Shown in pieces: positions 1 to 9,488 of a DNA stretch of 63,563 nucleotides. The notes under the pieces are model-generated. The model searched no databases. It was not told the origin of the DNA and was given only the letters and a program-made list of their open reading frames with translations. The translations under genes were made by a program, and so were the position numbers. Where the stretch lies: contig CAKPAX010000006.1 of assembly GCA_934133175.1 (NCBI GenBank), positions 1-63,563 on the forward strand, read 5' to 3'. Every line of letters starts with the position of its first letter. Positions within the stretch are counted from its first letter, which is position 1. This DNA comes from an uncultured Clostridia bacterium. GTDB lineage: Bacteria; Bacillota; Clostridia; TANB77; CAG-508.

Positions 1-258
1 GATTTATATATTATCTCTGTTTGTAATTGATTAGATACTTTTATAGGAACTTTGTTTTTTATATATTGACTTTCTATGTAATCCAATGCTACTGGGAACA
101 TATTTTGTATAAAAAATGCACTATAAGTATTTGCAATATCGCCAAAAACAATAGTATCAACGGATGGATTTTTATCTAATTTTATTTGTTTTTGAATTTT
201 GCTATCATAGTCCTTTATTTCCACTTTCTTTATTTTTCATCAATTCTGGATCATCCAT
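1..258 (-). pseudogene. unknown protein, 5' part only (runs off left edge), apparently frameshifted
   Basis: The minus-strand ATG at 258 (MDDPELMKNKE...) reaches a stop after 17 codons. The neighbouring frame is open from 224 to the window edge (VEIKDYDSKIQKQIKLDKNPSVDTIVFGDIANTYSAFF...). The break lies in an A-rich run. No family recognised. Confidence 0.3.
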
Positions 259-294
259 AATATCAAAAAATGAATCCTTTATAAAATAAAAATA

Positions 295-403
295 TCCTAC
301 ATCTATTTTTATTTTATCAAAGGCTTACCATCTCTGGTAAGCCTTGAAAATTTATACACTCTCTAATTTGTTAGTCGCTCAAAGAGGCAGCAACAAACAC
401 ATC
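295..403. repeat. intergenic repeat A, copy 1 (hairpin-containing module)
   Basis: Hand-aligns with 2073..2198. Contains a perfect 10-bp stem AAGGCTTACC/GGTAAGCCTT at 320..345. Lies just downstream of the 472-aa ORF on the minus strand. Confidence 0.8.
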
Positions 404-549
404 TATTTTATTATTAAAGGATTACTTATCTTGTATAGTTTTTTTCCATTCCAAATAAATTATTGTTTTATCCATTGAATTATACGATTTTACCATATTT
501 GAAAAATTATTTCCATTACGTTTTTTTTATAAAATCCAAAAATACATTA

Positions 550-1968
550 CTATTCATCTTCATCAAAAGGAAACGGATTAAAATGAATTTGTACATTCTG
601 TGCTTCCGCATTTTTGGTAGTTAAAATACTAAAATTATTTGATAATTCTTCTCCATTAAATTCAAATAATTCTTTTATTTTAAAATGAATACATTCATAT
701 TCGTCTGGATTAAATTCTACATCGGGAATATTCAATGCATTTGCTATTGATAATGTTGTTTTTAAACTCCATAAAATTTTTGAATTATCAATTATACCTA
801 TAGGATATTTGTTATTTAATTTTGTTTTATTATTCTTATCAATAAATTTTTTGGCATCCTCATAGTTCTCGAAAATCCATAAATAGAATGGATTAGCGTC
901 AACAACATAAGGAATCGATGTATTTTTTTGTAAATTAGCATTATTTATTGATAGAATTATATATAATTTATCTTTATTCCATAACGAAATTGCTTTTTGT
1001 TTAACTTCTTCGATAGATTCCCATTTTTTTCTTGCTCCAACCCCAATCAAAAAATCTATTGGTATACTATGTTTTTCTCCATCTATATATATAACTCTTG
1101 AATTAGAAATTAATTTTTCAAATGTTTCTACGTTTTCAACTGTATATAATTTAAATTCATGAGTTATATTATTTTTATTTCTTTTTAAGAATTTTTCTGC
1201 TTGTTTATCTGATGTAAAAAATATCGCATTATTTCTTTGTGTCATTACATAGTTTGAACCATCTGTTGCTACAAGCATAGCTAATTTTTTATCATTAACA
1301 ATCTTTTCAACTTCTTCTTCATTCAAACAATTTTCATTATATATTCTGCATGCTGCTTCTACAATATCCCAACCCGAACAATCTTTACCATCAAAGTAAC
1401 AATTTAACAAATCATTTATACAACCATTTGCAACTTTATCTAATTCAAAGAACGAACTGTATAATCCTAAATTCTCATTATTATATTGTGTTATAAACTG
1501 CTTAACTTCTGTTGTATTTGAAAAAAAACATTGTTTAAATTCTTCAGTTGGTGAAAATGCTATGTTTTCTTTTGTATAAATTGAATAAATTACATCATTA
1601 TCATTAAATCCTTTTAACCTTTCAGATACATATTCAACATTTTCAATATTTTTCTTTATAAAATTGTCTTTTTCAACAATTCCTAAATCTACTATATAAA
1701 TATATTTAAATGATATTTGATTAAAGAATCCAGAGAAAGAATATATATTTTCTATGTTACTCATTCTTGGTGTTGAAAATTCTTTCATATTTTCTGGTAA
1801 TTGCTCTACAATCGAATCAAAATATTTTTTAGCACTTTCTTGAGATATTGCTATGTATGCTGCACATTCATTACTTTTTAAAACTCCATTTCCTGCACAA
1901 ATTACAAAGAATGATTCTTTATATCTATTTATTAATTCACTAAATTGGTCTTTGGTTAAAATATTCAT
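550..1968 (-). CDS. hypothetical 472-aa protein with three loosely repeated modules (possible SseB-like fold)
   Basis: Long clean ORF with a promoter-like TTGACT-17-TATACT upstream. Recurring pattern of a hydrophobic strand followed by F(T/E)..(D/E).A.KF: FFVICAGNG...SQESAKKYF, AIFFTSDKQAEKFL, LWIFENYEDAKKFI. No catalytic motif seen. Confidence 0.6.
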   Translation of the reverse strand: MNILTKDQFSELINRYKESFFVICAGNGVLKSNECAAYIAISQESAKKYFDSIVEQLPENMKEFSTPRMSNIENIYSFSGFFNQISFKYIYIVDLGIVEKDNFIKKNIENVEYVSERLKGFNDNDVIYSIYTKENIAFSPTEEFKQCFFSNTTEVKQFITQYNNENLGLYSSFFELDKVANGCINDLLNCYFDGKDCSGWDIVEAACRIYNENCLNEEEVEKIVNDKKLAMLVATDGSNYVMTQRNNAIFFTSDKQAEKFLKRNKNNITHEFKLYTVENVETFEKLISNSRVIYIDGEKHSIPIDFLIGVGARKKWESIEEVKQKAISLWNKDKLYIILSINNANLQKNTSIPYVVDANPFYLWIFENYEDAKKFIDKNNKTKLNNKYPIGIIDNSKILWSLKTTLSIANALNIPDVEFNPDEYECIHFKIKELFEFNGEELSNNFSILTTKNAEAQNVQIHFNPFPFDEDE

Positions 1969-2005
1969 ATTTCTTATTTTCCTTTCAATTATTCATCTAA
2001 AATAT

Positions 2006-2034
2006 AGTATAATATTCATTTCATAAAAAGTCAA
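2006..2034 (-). promoter_or_regulatory. sigma-A-like promoter for the 472-aa ORF
   Basis: Minus strand reads TTGACT (2029..2034), 17 nt, TATACT (2006..2011), about 40 nt upstream of the ATG at 1968. Confidence 0.4.
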
Positions 2035-2072
2035 TATTTTGACTTTATTAATCTATCTATTTAATCATTACA

Positions 2073-2198
2073 TCCTACATCTATTTGCATAATCTTTACT
2101 CCTTATATTATCAAAGGCTTACCATTTCTGGTAAGCCCCGATTAAATTTATTCACTCTCTAATTTGTTAGTTGCTAAAAGAGGCGGCGACAAACACAT
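2073..2198. repeat. intergenic repeat A, copy 2
   Basis: Same module as 295..403, with a ~17-nt insertion and about a dozen substitutions (hand alignment). Hairpin GGCTTACC/GGTAAGCC at 2116..2137. Confidence 0.8.
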
Positions 2199-2251
2199 TT
2201 ATTAAAAACAATATTAAAAATTTTTAATTATAAATCTTAAATAAATTTTAT

Positions 2252-2367
2252 GTTATAGAAACTTTGCACAAAATTTTTCTGCATATTTTACTACAAAGAT
2301 TTATATTTAATATAAATCTACAACATCAAAAATAGTACTATCCCCCCCTACTCTACTGATTTTTTAG
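2252..2367. repeat. intergenic repeat B', promoter-like module with palindrome
   Basis: Shares AAACTTTGC(A/G)CAAAATTTTT and TCCC..TACTC.AC..ATTTTTT with 4250..4318. Carries an extra ~45-nt insert containing the perfect palindrome AGATTTATATTTAATATAAATCT. Confidence 0.65.
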
Positions 2368-2481
2368 AATTCATATTTTTTTATTTCACAATTTTTCAAT
2401 TCTCTATCTAAGAACAAACATCAATAATTATTACACTTTCTAGAGTATACTCATAATCTAACATATTATTTATCTCCAATT

Positions 2482-3418
2482 TTATTCATTATTCAAAAAA
2501 TTCATCACTAAATCTATAATTACTTCTTTTTCCTTTGGATTCGATTCAGCAATTAATAAAGTAAGAGCCGTTAATGTATTATTATCAATTACTTGTTTAC
2601 CGTTTTTATATAATATTCCGTAAAAATTTAGAAAATATATAAACAAAGTTGCTGCAATTCTTTTATTGCCATCTGCAAATACATGGTTTTTTACTATTAA
2701 ATATAAGAAATTTGCTCCTTTTTCTTCTATACTCTTGTAGATATCTTGGCCGAGCAAAACTTTGATAAATGTTACCAATAATTGATTCCAATCCTTTATC
2801 TCTTTCAACTGCAAAAAGAGAACTTTCTTCGTTAAATCTTAATTTATTGATTATATTTATACATTCTTGATATTCAATTTTTCTATCATCTATATTTCCT
2901 TTAATTTTCTTTAATGTTCTATGATCATAATCATCTAATAAATCTAATGCTTTTGAATATCCTCCAATTACCTTTAATATTTCTTTTGCATCATTTCCTT
3001 CTAGTCTTTCATCAATGCGGTTTGCAATATCTATTAATTTTATAGTTTTTTCCAAATATTCTAATCTTTTTTGATTTACAGCATATCCTTTTATCATATA
3101 ATCTTTCAAAATATTTGTTGCCCATTTCCTAAATAAAATACCTTGTTTGCTATTTACTCTATATCCAACAGAAATAATCATATCTAAATTATAATATTGC
3201 ACATTATATTTTTTACCATCTTTTGCAGTATGCTCAAAAAATGAGCATACTGAACTTTCAGATAATTCTTCATCTTTATAAATATTTTGAATATGTCGAG
3301 TGATTGTTCTTCTATCTTTGCCAAATAATTCTGCCATTTGTTTTTGTGTAAGCCACACAGTTTCATCTTTTAAGTTTACTTCTAATTTTACTCCTTGATT
3401 TTCAAATAAAATAATTTC
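2482..3418 (-). pseudogene. RhuM-family N-terminal domain + Fic/DOC domain protein, frameshifted
   Basis: RhuM-type segment ILFENQGVKLEVNLKDETVWLTQKQMAELFGKDRRTITRHIQNIY...GYRVNSKQGILFRKWATNIL. The Fic motif HVFADGNKRIAA lies in the overlapping ORF 2482..2814. The frames join only if 1 nt is changed near 2748..2760. Confidence 0.75.
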
Positions 3419-3991
3419 ATTTATTTTTCCTTGACCAAATGGTGCATATCCCATTTGAGCAATGTTGTATTTATTTAACCAGTCATTTGCTTCTATTTGT
3501 TGATTTACAATATTAGTTTCTATTTGGTTTAGTGCAGGTTTTATTTCATTGTAATGTGCTAGATCAATAATTCTGTCTGGTTCAAAATTAGAAACTCCTA
3601 TTGCTTTTATTTTTACATTCTTATAAAAATCCTCTAAAACTCTATATGCTTCATAATAATTTGCAAAAGGCCAGTGCAATAACACTAAATCTATATAGTC
3701 TGTTTGTAAATTTTCTAAAGATTGCTCCAATGTTTTTATAGCACTTTCTTTTTCATAATTTTTGTAATTTAATTTAGTAACAATATATATTTCTTCTCTT
3801 GCAACTCCTGATTTTTTTATTGCATTTCCAACTTCTTTTTCATTACCATAAGCCTCTGCTGTATCTATTAGTCTATATCCATTCTTTATTGCGTTTATTA
3901 CTGCATTTTCACATTCTGTTCCATTTAATAAAAAAGTTCCAAAACCAACTAATAGCATTTTCTTTCCTTGATTTAATTTTAAATATTCCAT
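3419..3991 (-). pseudogene. aldo/keto reductase, N-terminal ~190 aa only, fused in frame to the RhuM-Fic ORF
   Basis: AKR hallmarks: GYRLIDTAEAYGNEKEVG, IYIVTKL, DYIDLVLLHWP, AIGVSNF, GYAPFGQG. The usual C-terminal ~80 aa are absent and the ORF continues directly into RhuM sequence. Confidence 0.7.
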
Positions 3992-4249
3992 TTTATCAAT
4001 CCTTTCTTTTTTGCTATCATAATTCTTATTGTTTAATTTTTGATTAAAGAAAGGTTAAAATTAGGTTAAAAAAATAATGAGTATGGAAAACTCATTTTCT
4101 GTTTTAAAAACTTCTATTTTTTTATTTTCAAAAGTAAATTCTATTGTGCTATCTTTTTCTTCTACTTGTTCATCATCTACGAATAGTACTTTATCATTTA
4201 TTACTTGTAATAATATTAGTCTAGATAATTTTTATTTTGTATTATATTT

Positions 4250-4318
4250 TATAAAAACTTTGCGCAAAATTTTTCATGCTTCAGAAACATAGATATTCCC
4301 TACTCCACCTCATTTTTT
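4250..4318. repeat. intergenic repeat B (contains 10-bp perfect palindrome TTTGCGCAAA)
   Basis: Hand-aligns with 2252..2367. On the minus strand it reads TTGCGC-15 nt-TATAAT, upstream of the AKR fusion gene. Confidence 0.6.
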
Positions 4319-4321
4319 GAT

Positions 4322-4364
4322 CAAATAAAAAAGCACTCTAAAGGTTAACTACCTATTAGAGTGC
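4322..4364 (-). terminator. rho-independent terminator
   Basis: Stem GCACTCTAA/TTAGAGTGC (4333..4341 / 4356..4364), followed on the minus strand by TTTTTTATTT. Lies downstream of ORF 4427..4696. Confidence 0.7.
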
Positions 4365-4426
4365 CGGATCAATTGACAAATTACAATTTTATTTTTTAAT
4401 TACCTCTGTATAAAGATGCCTAAAAG

Positions 4427-4696
4427 TTATAATTGGTTTCTTAATATTACTGTTGTATTTCCAGCAAAATTGTTTTTTTCAATAGAATAATTAGAATAGC
4501 CAACAGCATCTAAAACAAATGATATATCTGCTATAGAATCTACTTTTTTTATAACGAGCATATGTGGCTGTTGATATCCTGCAATAGAACCAAAATAATG
4601 ATCCATAATATCTTGAAGTATAAAAAAATAAATTGAATCTTTATCTTCTTCCTTCCATTTTCTTGCTAAGTTAAAAAACCGACTTCCATTAAACAT
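4427..4696 (-). CDS. hypothetical protein (89 aa)
   Basis: ORF followed by a good terminator. No recognisable motif. Confidence 0.45.
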   Translation of the reverse strand: MFNGSRFFNLARKWKEEDKDSIYFFILQDIMDHYFGSIAGYQQPHMLVIKKVDSIADISFVLDAVGYSNYSIEKNNFAGNTTVILRNQL

Positions 4697-4819
4697 ATTT
4701 TACCTCCTTAAATAATTATTTTTAGGATAACACTATATATTTTTTAAGCTAATGCTTAATTTTACTGTATTATATCATAGTTATATTTAAAAATACAAGA
4801 GATAAATTTAATTCTAAAT

Positions 4820-5431
4820 CTATAATAATTTTTCTAGTGCTTTTATTATACTTTCATAATTATCAGGTTCAACCTTTTTTGAAATAATTCCCATTAAATT
4901 ACCTGTAGCAATATTCTTTTCATTATCATCAATAAAAATACATTCGTTTGGTAATAATTTATATCTTTCTAATAAAACATTATATATTGCTTTATATGGT
5001 TTCACTTTATGTTCTTTATATGATAACACATATCCATCTACCAAATTAAATAAATCACTTTTATTAACAAACTCAAATGTATATGGATTTATATTTGATA
5101 ATAAATATATTTTGTAATTATTATCTTTTAATTTTCGTATTAGACTTAATACCATTTCATCTACTTGTGCAAAATCATTATAATTTTTCCAAAAATCAAC
5201 TATTAATTTATCATTACAATGATTAGTTCTATCTTTTACGATTTCTATAGCATCTTCTCTTGATATATAACCCGTATCAATTAAAGCATTTCCTAGCCAC
5301 TCTGGAGAATTAATTATATTTTCTAATATAAATTTTTGTTCTTCTTTGTTAGTTGTAAACTTTGGTAAAACTTCATTAATATTAAAATTCAAAATTACAT
5401 TTCCTATATCAAATATTATATTTTTAATCAT
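4820..5431 (-). CDS. HAD-superfamily hydrolase (subfamily IA-like)
   Basis: N-terminal IIFDIGNVIL (DxG/DxD-type motif I), LLSN (motif II) and C-terminal IFIDDNEKN (motif IV). Confidence 0.75.
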   Translation of the reverse strand: MIKNIIFDIGNVILNFNINEVLPKFTTNKEEQKFILENIINSPEWLGNALIDTGYISREDAIEIVKDRTNHCNDKLIVDFWKNYNDFAQVDEMVLSLIRKLKDNNYKIYLLSNINPYTFEFVNKSDLFNLVDGYVLSYKEHKVKPYKAIYNVLLERYKLLPNECIFIDDNEKNIATGNLMGIISKKVEPDNYESIIKALEKLL

Positions 5432-5472
5432 TTATACTTTTCTCCTATACTTTTTTAAAGATTTCAATAAAA

Positions 5473-6039
5473 TTATCTTTCTATGTCTGTCTTATCTTTA
5501 TAATCTAAATGTTCAATGTTGCTATTTATATCCTTTTGATTTATATTATCTGTAGTATTACTTACTGATAAACTATCTATAAACATTTTTCTTTTTTCTT
5601 TAAAATTGCTTTTGTTATCAACTTGATTTTCATAATTTTTTCCCTCAGGTAATAGTTTTGTATCTTTTTTTCTAAATTTTTCTATAACTAATTTTATCCA
5701 ATGAATTGGATTCATTTTTTGTCTAATGTTTTTTACTTTTTTATTTATAATATCTACTTTTTGCTCTATTTTTTTTGATACTCTTTCAACTTCATCATTG
5801 TAGTTAAAAGTAGGGTCTTCTATATAGTCAAAAAGAGAGTTGTTATTATATAACTGATTTTCATTATTATTTTGCTTTTCTGATTTTTTTTCTGATATAG
5901 CATTAGGAAGTTTGTAAATTGCATGTTTAATCGTCTTAAATCCAACAATAAATTTTGCATAATCATTATATGATTTTTTATTATAATTTTGTTGAAAAGT
6001 TTTATATTTATTTTTTATTTTTTGCATTTTATTTTCCAT
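5473..6039 (-). CDS. hypothetical K/N-rich protein
   Basis: Uninterrupted 188-aa ORF in the operon direction. Low-complexity sequence, no motif. Confidence 0.45.
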   Translation of the reverse strand: MENKMQKIKNKYKTFQQNYNKKSYNDYAKFIVGFKTIKHAIYKLPNAISEKKSEKQNNNENQLYNNNSLFDYIEDPTFNYNDEVERVSKKIEQKVDIINKKVKNIRQKMNPIHWIKLVIEKFRKKDTKLLPEGKNYENQVDNKSNFKEKRKMFIDSLSVSNTTDNINQKDINSNIEHLDYKDKTDIER

Positions 6040-6090
6040 AATTTATATTCCTTTACAAAGTAAGTTTATTTTTTGATTATATTACAAATT

Positions 6091-6483
6091 TTAAATTTCA
6101 TTTTCATCTTCTTCATTAATCATAAATTCACGACTTGATACTCTTTTTTTATTTCTTTGAGCTTCTATTTGATCAGATAATATATCTTTTATTTTTTCTG
6201 ATTGTTTAATATTTTTAATATCAAATTCTGGCGTACTCTTATCTGCAGAACAACAATGTATTGTTCCTAATCCCCATATTCTTTGTCCTATTTTTCTGCT
6301 TAATGTTACATCCATTATTCTATACAAGCGAACCTCTTCTTGTTTTATATTAAAAAATCCTGTTTGAATAATTAATTTTTCTTCTGTTAATTTGTATTTT
6401 GTAAATGACCATGGTAAACCAAATAATGTTCTCTTTCTATCTTTCCATAAAATATTTTCACTCATAATAAAAAATCCTTTCAT
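6091..6483 (-). CDS. bacterial PH-domain (bPH_2 / YdbS-YdbT-like) protein
   Basis: ILWKDRKRTLFGLPWSFTKYKLTEEKLIIQTGFFNIKQEEVRLYRIMDVTL is typical of the membrane-flanked PH domain. The second ATG at 6465 has the better RBS (AAAGGA). Confidence 0.65.
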   Translation of the reverse strand: MKGFFIMSENILWKDRKRTLFGLPWSFTKYKLTEEKLIIQTGFFNIKQEEVRLYRIMDVTLSRKIGQRIWGLGTIHCCSADKSTPEFDIKNIKQSEKIKDILSDQIEAQRNKKRVSSREFMINEEDENEI

Positions 6484-6635
6484 ATTTATTTAATTCATTA
6501 TATCTTTGTTTTAAGATAACTTATATTATAATATCATAATAATTATAATTTATCTACATTTTTTATTTCATAAAAAAATTAATTTTGTTATCTTAATATA
6601 TTTATTGTTTATAATAAAATCAAGATATATATAAT

Positions 6636-6663
6636 AAAAGAGAGTTTATACTACACTCTCTCG
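6636..6663 (-). terminator. rho-independent terminator after rho
   Basis: Stem AGAGAGT/ACTCTCT (6639..6645 / 6655..6661), followed by TTTTATTAT on the minus strand. Confidence 0.6.
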
Positions 6664-6664
6664 A

Positions 6665-8017
6665 CTATTTAAATCTTCTTAAATACAAATCTATTTTATC
6701 TAAAAATTCATCATTATTTTTAGTTTGAACCATCTGGTTGATAATCTGCTCTGTTACATCTGCAACTGGTAAACTATTTAATGCTTTTCTTAAAGCAAAT
6801 ACTGTTTCTAACTCTTTTTTTGATAATAATAAATCTTCTCTTCTAGTACCAGATTTATTTATATCAATTGCTGGGAAAATACGTTTTTCTGATAGTTTTC
6901 TGTCTAAATGTACCTCCATATTTCCAGTACCTTTGAATTCTTCAAAGATAACATCATCCATTCTACTTCCAGTTTCTATTAATGAAGTAGCAAGAATAGT
7001 TAAACTTCCTCCATTTTCTATGTTTCTAGCAGCACCAAAAAATTTCTTTGGCTTGTGTAATGCACTTGGGTCAAGTCCACCTGATAATGTTCTACCTGAT
7101 GATGGAATAACAAGATTATATGCACGAGCAAGTCTTGTTATACTATCTAGTAATATTACAACATCTTTATTTTGTTCAGTTATTCTTTTAGCTCTTTCTA
7201 ATACCATTTCTGCTACTTTTACATGATGTTCTGGTAATTCATCAAATGTTGAATATATAACTTTACCTTTTATAGAACGTTTCATATCAGTTACTTCTTC
7301 TGGTCTTTCATCTATTAATAATACTATTAATTCAACTTCTGGATTATTGGTAGATATACTATTAGCTATTTTTTTCAATAATGTTGTTTTACCAACTTTA
7401 GGTGGTGCAACAATCATTCCTCTTTGCCCTTTTCCAATTGGAGATATTAAATCAATCATTCTCATTGAATATTCTTTAGAACTAGTTTCTAGCTTTAATC
7501 TCTCATTTGCATATATTGGTGTTAATTCATCAAATCTTTTTCTTTTGGCAGCTTTTTCTGGATGTTGCCCATTTACTTCACCTACAAATATTAATGAAGG
7601 AAATCTCTCGCCATCCTTTACTCTAGATATACCCTTTATCATATCACCAGTGTCTAGTCTAAATCTTCTTATTTGAATAGGTGATATATATACGTCTTTA
7701 TCACTAGATAAATAGTTTTCTCCTCTTAAAAAACCGTATCCATCAGGAAGTACTTCTAATATTCCTTCTATTATTTGATCCTCATTATTAGTAACTTTAT
7801 ATTCAATTGAGTGATCTTCTACTATATTAAAGTCTTCTAATTGATCTTTATCTTCTGAATCATATCTTAGCACTTTTTTGTTTGGGTGAGAATTTTTTTC
7901 TAAATCGTTAAGCATAGAAACAAGTTCATCTTTTTTTAATTTTGATATATTTTTAATATTTTTTTCCTTAGCTATATTTTTTAATTCTATTAATGTCATA
8001 TTTTCAAATTCTGTCAT
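6665..8017 (-). CDS. rho: transcription termination factor Rho
   Basis: N-terminal Rho_N segment ([27 protein letters not shown]), an RNA-binding OB region, Walker [19 protein letters not shown], and [16 protein letters not shown]. Confidence 0.97.
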   Translation of the reverse strand: MTEFENMTLIELKNIAKEKNIKNISKLKKDELVSMLNDLEKNSHPNKKVLRYDSEDKDQLEDFNIVEDHSIEYKVTNNEDQIIEGILEVLPDGYGFLRGENYLSSDKDVYISPIQIRRFRLDTGDMIKGISRVKDGERFPSLIFVGEVNGQHPEKAAKRKRFDELTPIYANERLKLETSSKEYSMRMIDLISPIGKGQRGMIVAPPKVGKTTLLKKIANSISTNNPEVELIVLLIDERPEEVTDMKRSIKGKVIYSTFDELPEHHVKVAEMVLERAKRITEQNKDVVILLDSITRLARAYNLVIPSSGRTLSGGLDPSALHKPKKFFGAARNIENGGSLTILATSLIETGSRMDDVIFEEFKGTGNMEVHLDRKLSEKRIFPAIDINKSGTRREDLLLSKKELETVFALRKALNSLPVADVTEQIINQMVQTKNNDEFLDKIDLYLRRFK

Positions 8018-8196
8018 ATATACCTCCTATTAATATAAATATTATAGTAATCTTTTGGAAATTTTATTTAGATTAAAATATTTTTAGAATTTTAAACAAT
8101 ATACTTATAAATAACATGGTTAAATTATACCATATTATTTTTATATTGAAAACTATTTTTAAAAAAATAATCTTTAAAACATTATTGTTTTAAAGA

Positions 8197-8472
8197 TTAC
8201 ATGCCTTTATCTTCATATACTCTTTCATTTGGTAAATACATACCTAGTTTTTCTCTAGCTACTTGTTCTATATATTCCAAAGAATTAACATTATCTTTAG
8301 TATTAGCTAATTCTTGTTTATATTCTTGTTCTTGTTTAATTTCTTTTGAAAGTTCTTTTTGACTTTGATTATAGTTATTTAATACTTTTTGTTGATTAAC
8401 AAGTGTAATTGTTACATACAACACAGCCACTATAAATAATAATTTCTTATAAATTTTCTTGTTTTTTTTCAT
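8197..8472 (-). CDS. divIC: septum formation initiator (DivIC/FtsB family)
   Basis: Single N-terminal TM segment, a coiled coil, and C-terminal YIEQVAREKLGMYLPNERVY. Follows yabP-yabQ as in B. subtilis. Confidence 0.85.
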   Translation of the reverse strand: MKKNKKIYKKLLFIVAVLYVTITLVNQQKVLNNYNQSQKELSKEIKQEQEYKQELANTKDNVNSLEYIEQVAREKLGMYLPNERVYEDKGM

Positions 8473-8561
8473 AAGTACTTCTCTCCAATTATCAATATTA
8501 AAAACCCTATAAATATATAATTCTACTTTTTTAATAAAAATCCTTCTTTTTATTACATTTT

Positions 8562-9053
8562 TTATTTATTTTTTTCAAGTATTACATTATTTTTGTTTTT
8601 TAATGTCATTTTTTTAGATATTTTCTTAATGTCTTTTTTTATATTTATGAATATAAATGAAATTGGTTTTAAAAATATTTTTTTGAAAATATTAAAAATA
8701 AACTTAAAAGGTATAACAATAATTTTTAAAATTAATTTAATACACATTTTTATTTTATTTAAAATATAAACATTTATTAATATTATATATTTGCTTAACA
8801 AAAGCATATATAGTATTATACCTATTAGAATGCCTAAAAATATATAAATACGTATTTCTCCATTATTAAATACAAATATAGAATATAATGTTACTAATCC
8901 TGTTAAAATCCAAAATAATATATCTTGGCAATATGTTAATATATCTGCAGTTTTAAAAGCTTTTCTTAATATCCTAAAAAAATCAAATAACAATCCTATT
9001 ATAAAACCATTTAAAACAAATATTAAAAATAAATATGCTTGATTTATAGCCAT
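8562..9053 (-). CDS. yabQ: spore cortex biosynthesis protein YabQ
   Basis: Multi-TM protein with the LLFDFFRILRK motif, immediately downstream of yabP. Confidence 0.8.
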   Translation of the reverse strand: MAINQAYLFLIFVLNGFIIGLLFDFFRILRKAFKTADILTYCQDILFWILTGLVTLYSIFVFNNGEIRIYIFLGILIGIILYMLLLSKYIILINVYILNKIKMCIKLILKIIVIPFKFIFNIFKKIFLKPISFIFINIKKDIKKISKKMTLKNKNNVILEKNK

Positions 9054-9070
9054 TATTTTCTCACCATCTT

Positions 9071-9370
9071 TTATTTAAAAATTTTACTAAACAAATTTCC
9101 GGCATTTTTATCTTGATTATTTTCACTATATGATAAATAAGATATTTCTCCTTCTACTACAACTTCTGATGTATCTATACTTAATTTATTTATTCTAAGA
9201 TTTTCACCTTTAAAAGTTAATAAACCTAACTCTGTTTCAACCATAACTACTTGATCATCAAAGCTAAGAACATCTAATACTCCTGATATACTTAACTTTC
9301 CTCTATTTTCTAAAACAAGATTTTGAATTACTCCTGTGTTATTTATACTTTTTCTCTCCTCTATAGTCAT
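9071..9370 (-). CDS. yabP: sporulation protein YabP
   Basis: 99 aa. LENRGKLSISGVLDVLSFDDQVVMVETELGLLTFKGENLRINKL is typical of YabP. Confidence 0.85.
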   Translation of the reverse strand: MTIEERKSINNTGVIQNLVLENRGKLSISGVLDVLSFDDQVVMVETELGLLTFKGENLRINKLSIDTSEVVVEGEISYLSYSENNQDKNAGNLFSKIFK

Positions 9371-9444
9371 AATATATACCTCCTATAAATACAGTCTAAA
9401 TTATATATATTCAAGGTTTGTCTTATTTAGAACTTTTTATTTAA

Positions 9445-9478
9445 TAAAAATACACGCTTTTATTAAAGCGTGTATTTT
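9445..9478 (-). terminator. rho-independent terminator after aspartokinase
   Basis: Stem AATACACGCTTT/AAAGCGTGTATT (9449..9460 / 9465..9476), followed by TTTTTATT on the minus strand. Confidence 0.75.
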
Positions 9479-9488
9479 CTGTAATTTA

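Noticed and set aside
2184-2192. GGCGACAAA inside repeat A copy 2, identical to the island arm-type motif.
   Set aside because: The other copy of repeat A has GGCAGCAACAAA instead, and TTTGTCGCC also occurs by chance inside uvrB (about 44038). This is insufficient to link the left-end cassettes to the secA island integrase.
3184-4292. ORFs 3184..3366(-), 3799..4047(+) and 4077..4292(+).
   Set aside because: The first two are nested in or antisense to the AKR::RhuM-Fic ORF. The third lies in the repeat-B intergenic region. All are low-complexity with no RBS.
6738-7676. Plus-strand ORFs 6738..7226 and 7347..7676 from the track. The same goes for 13181..13520, 29460..30135, 32636..33142, 34775..35101, 39768..40049, 43244..43739, 46515..47065, 52724..53044 and similar.
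   Set aside because: All lie antisense inside well-supported minus-strand genes (rho, gpmA, secA, ytvI, uvrA, uvrB, GH3, ugd...). Their translations are low-complexity Leu/Phe/Ile/Ser strings typical of shadow ORFs in A+T-rich DNA. None has an RBS.
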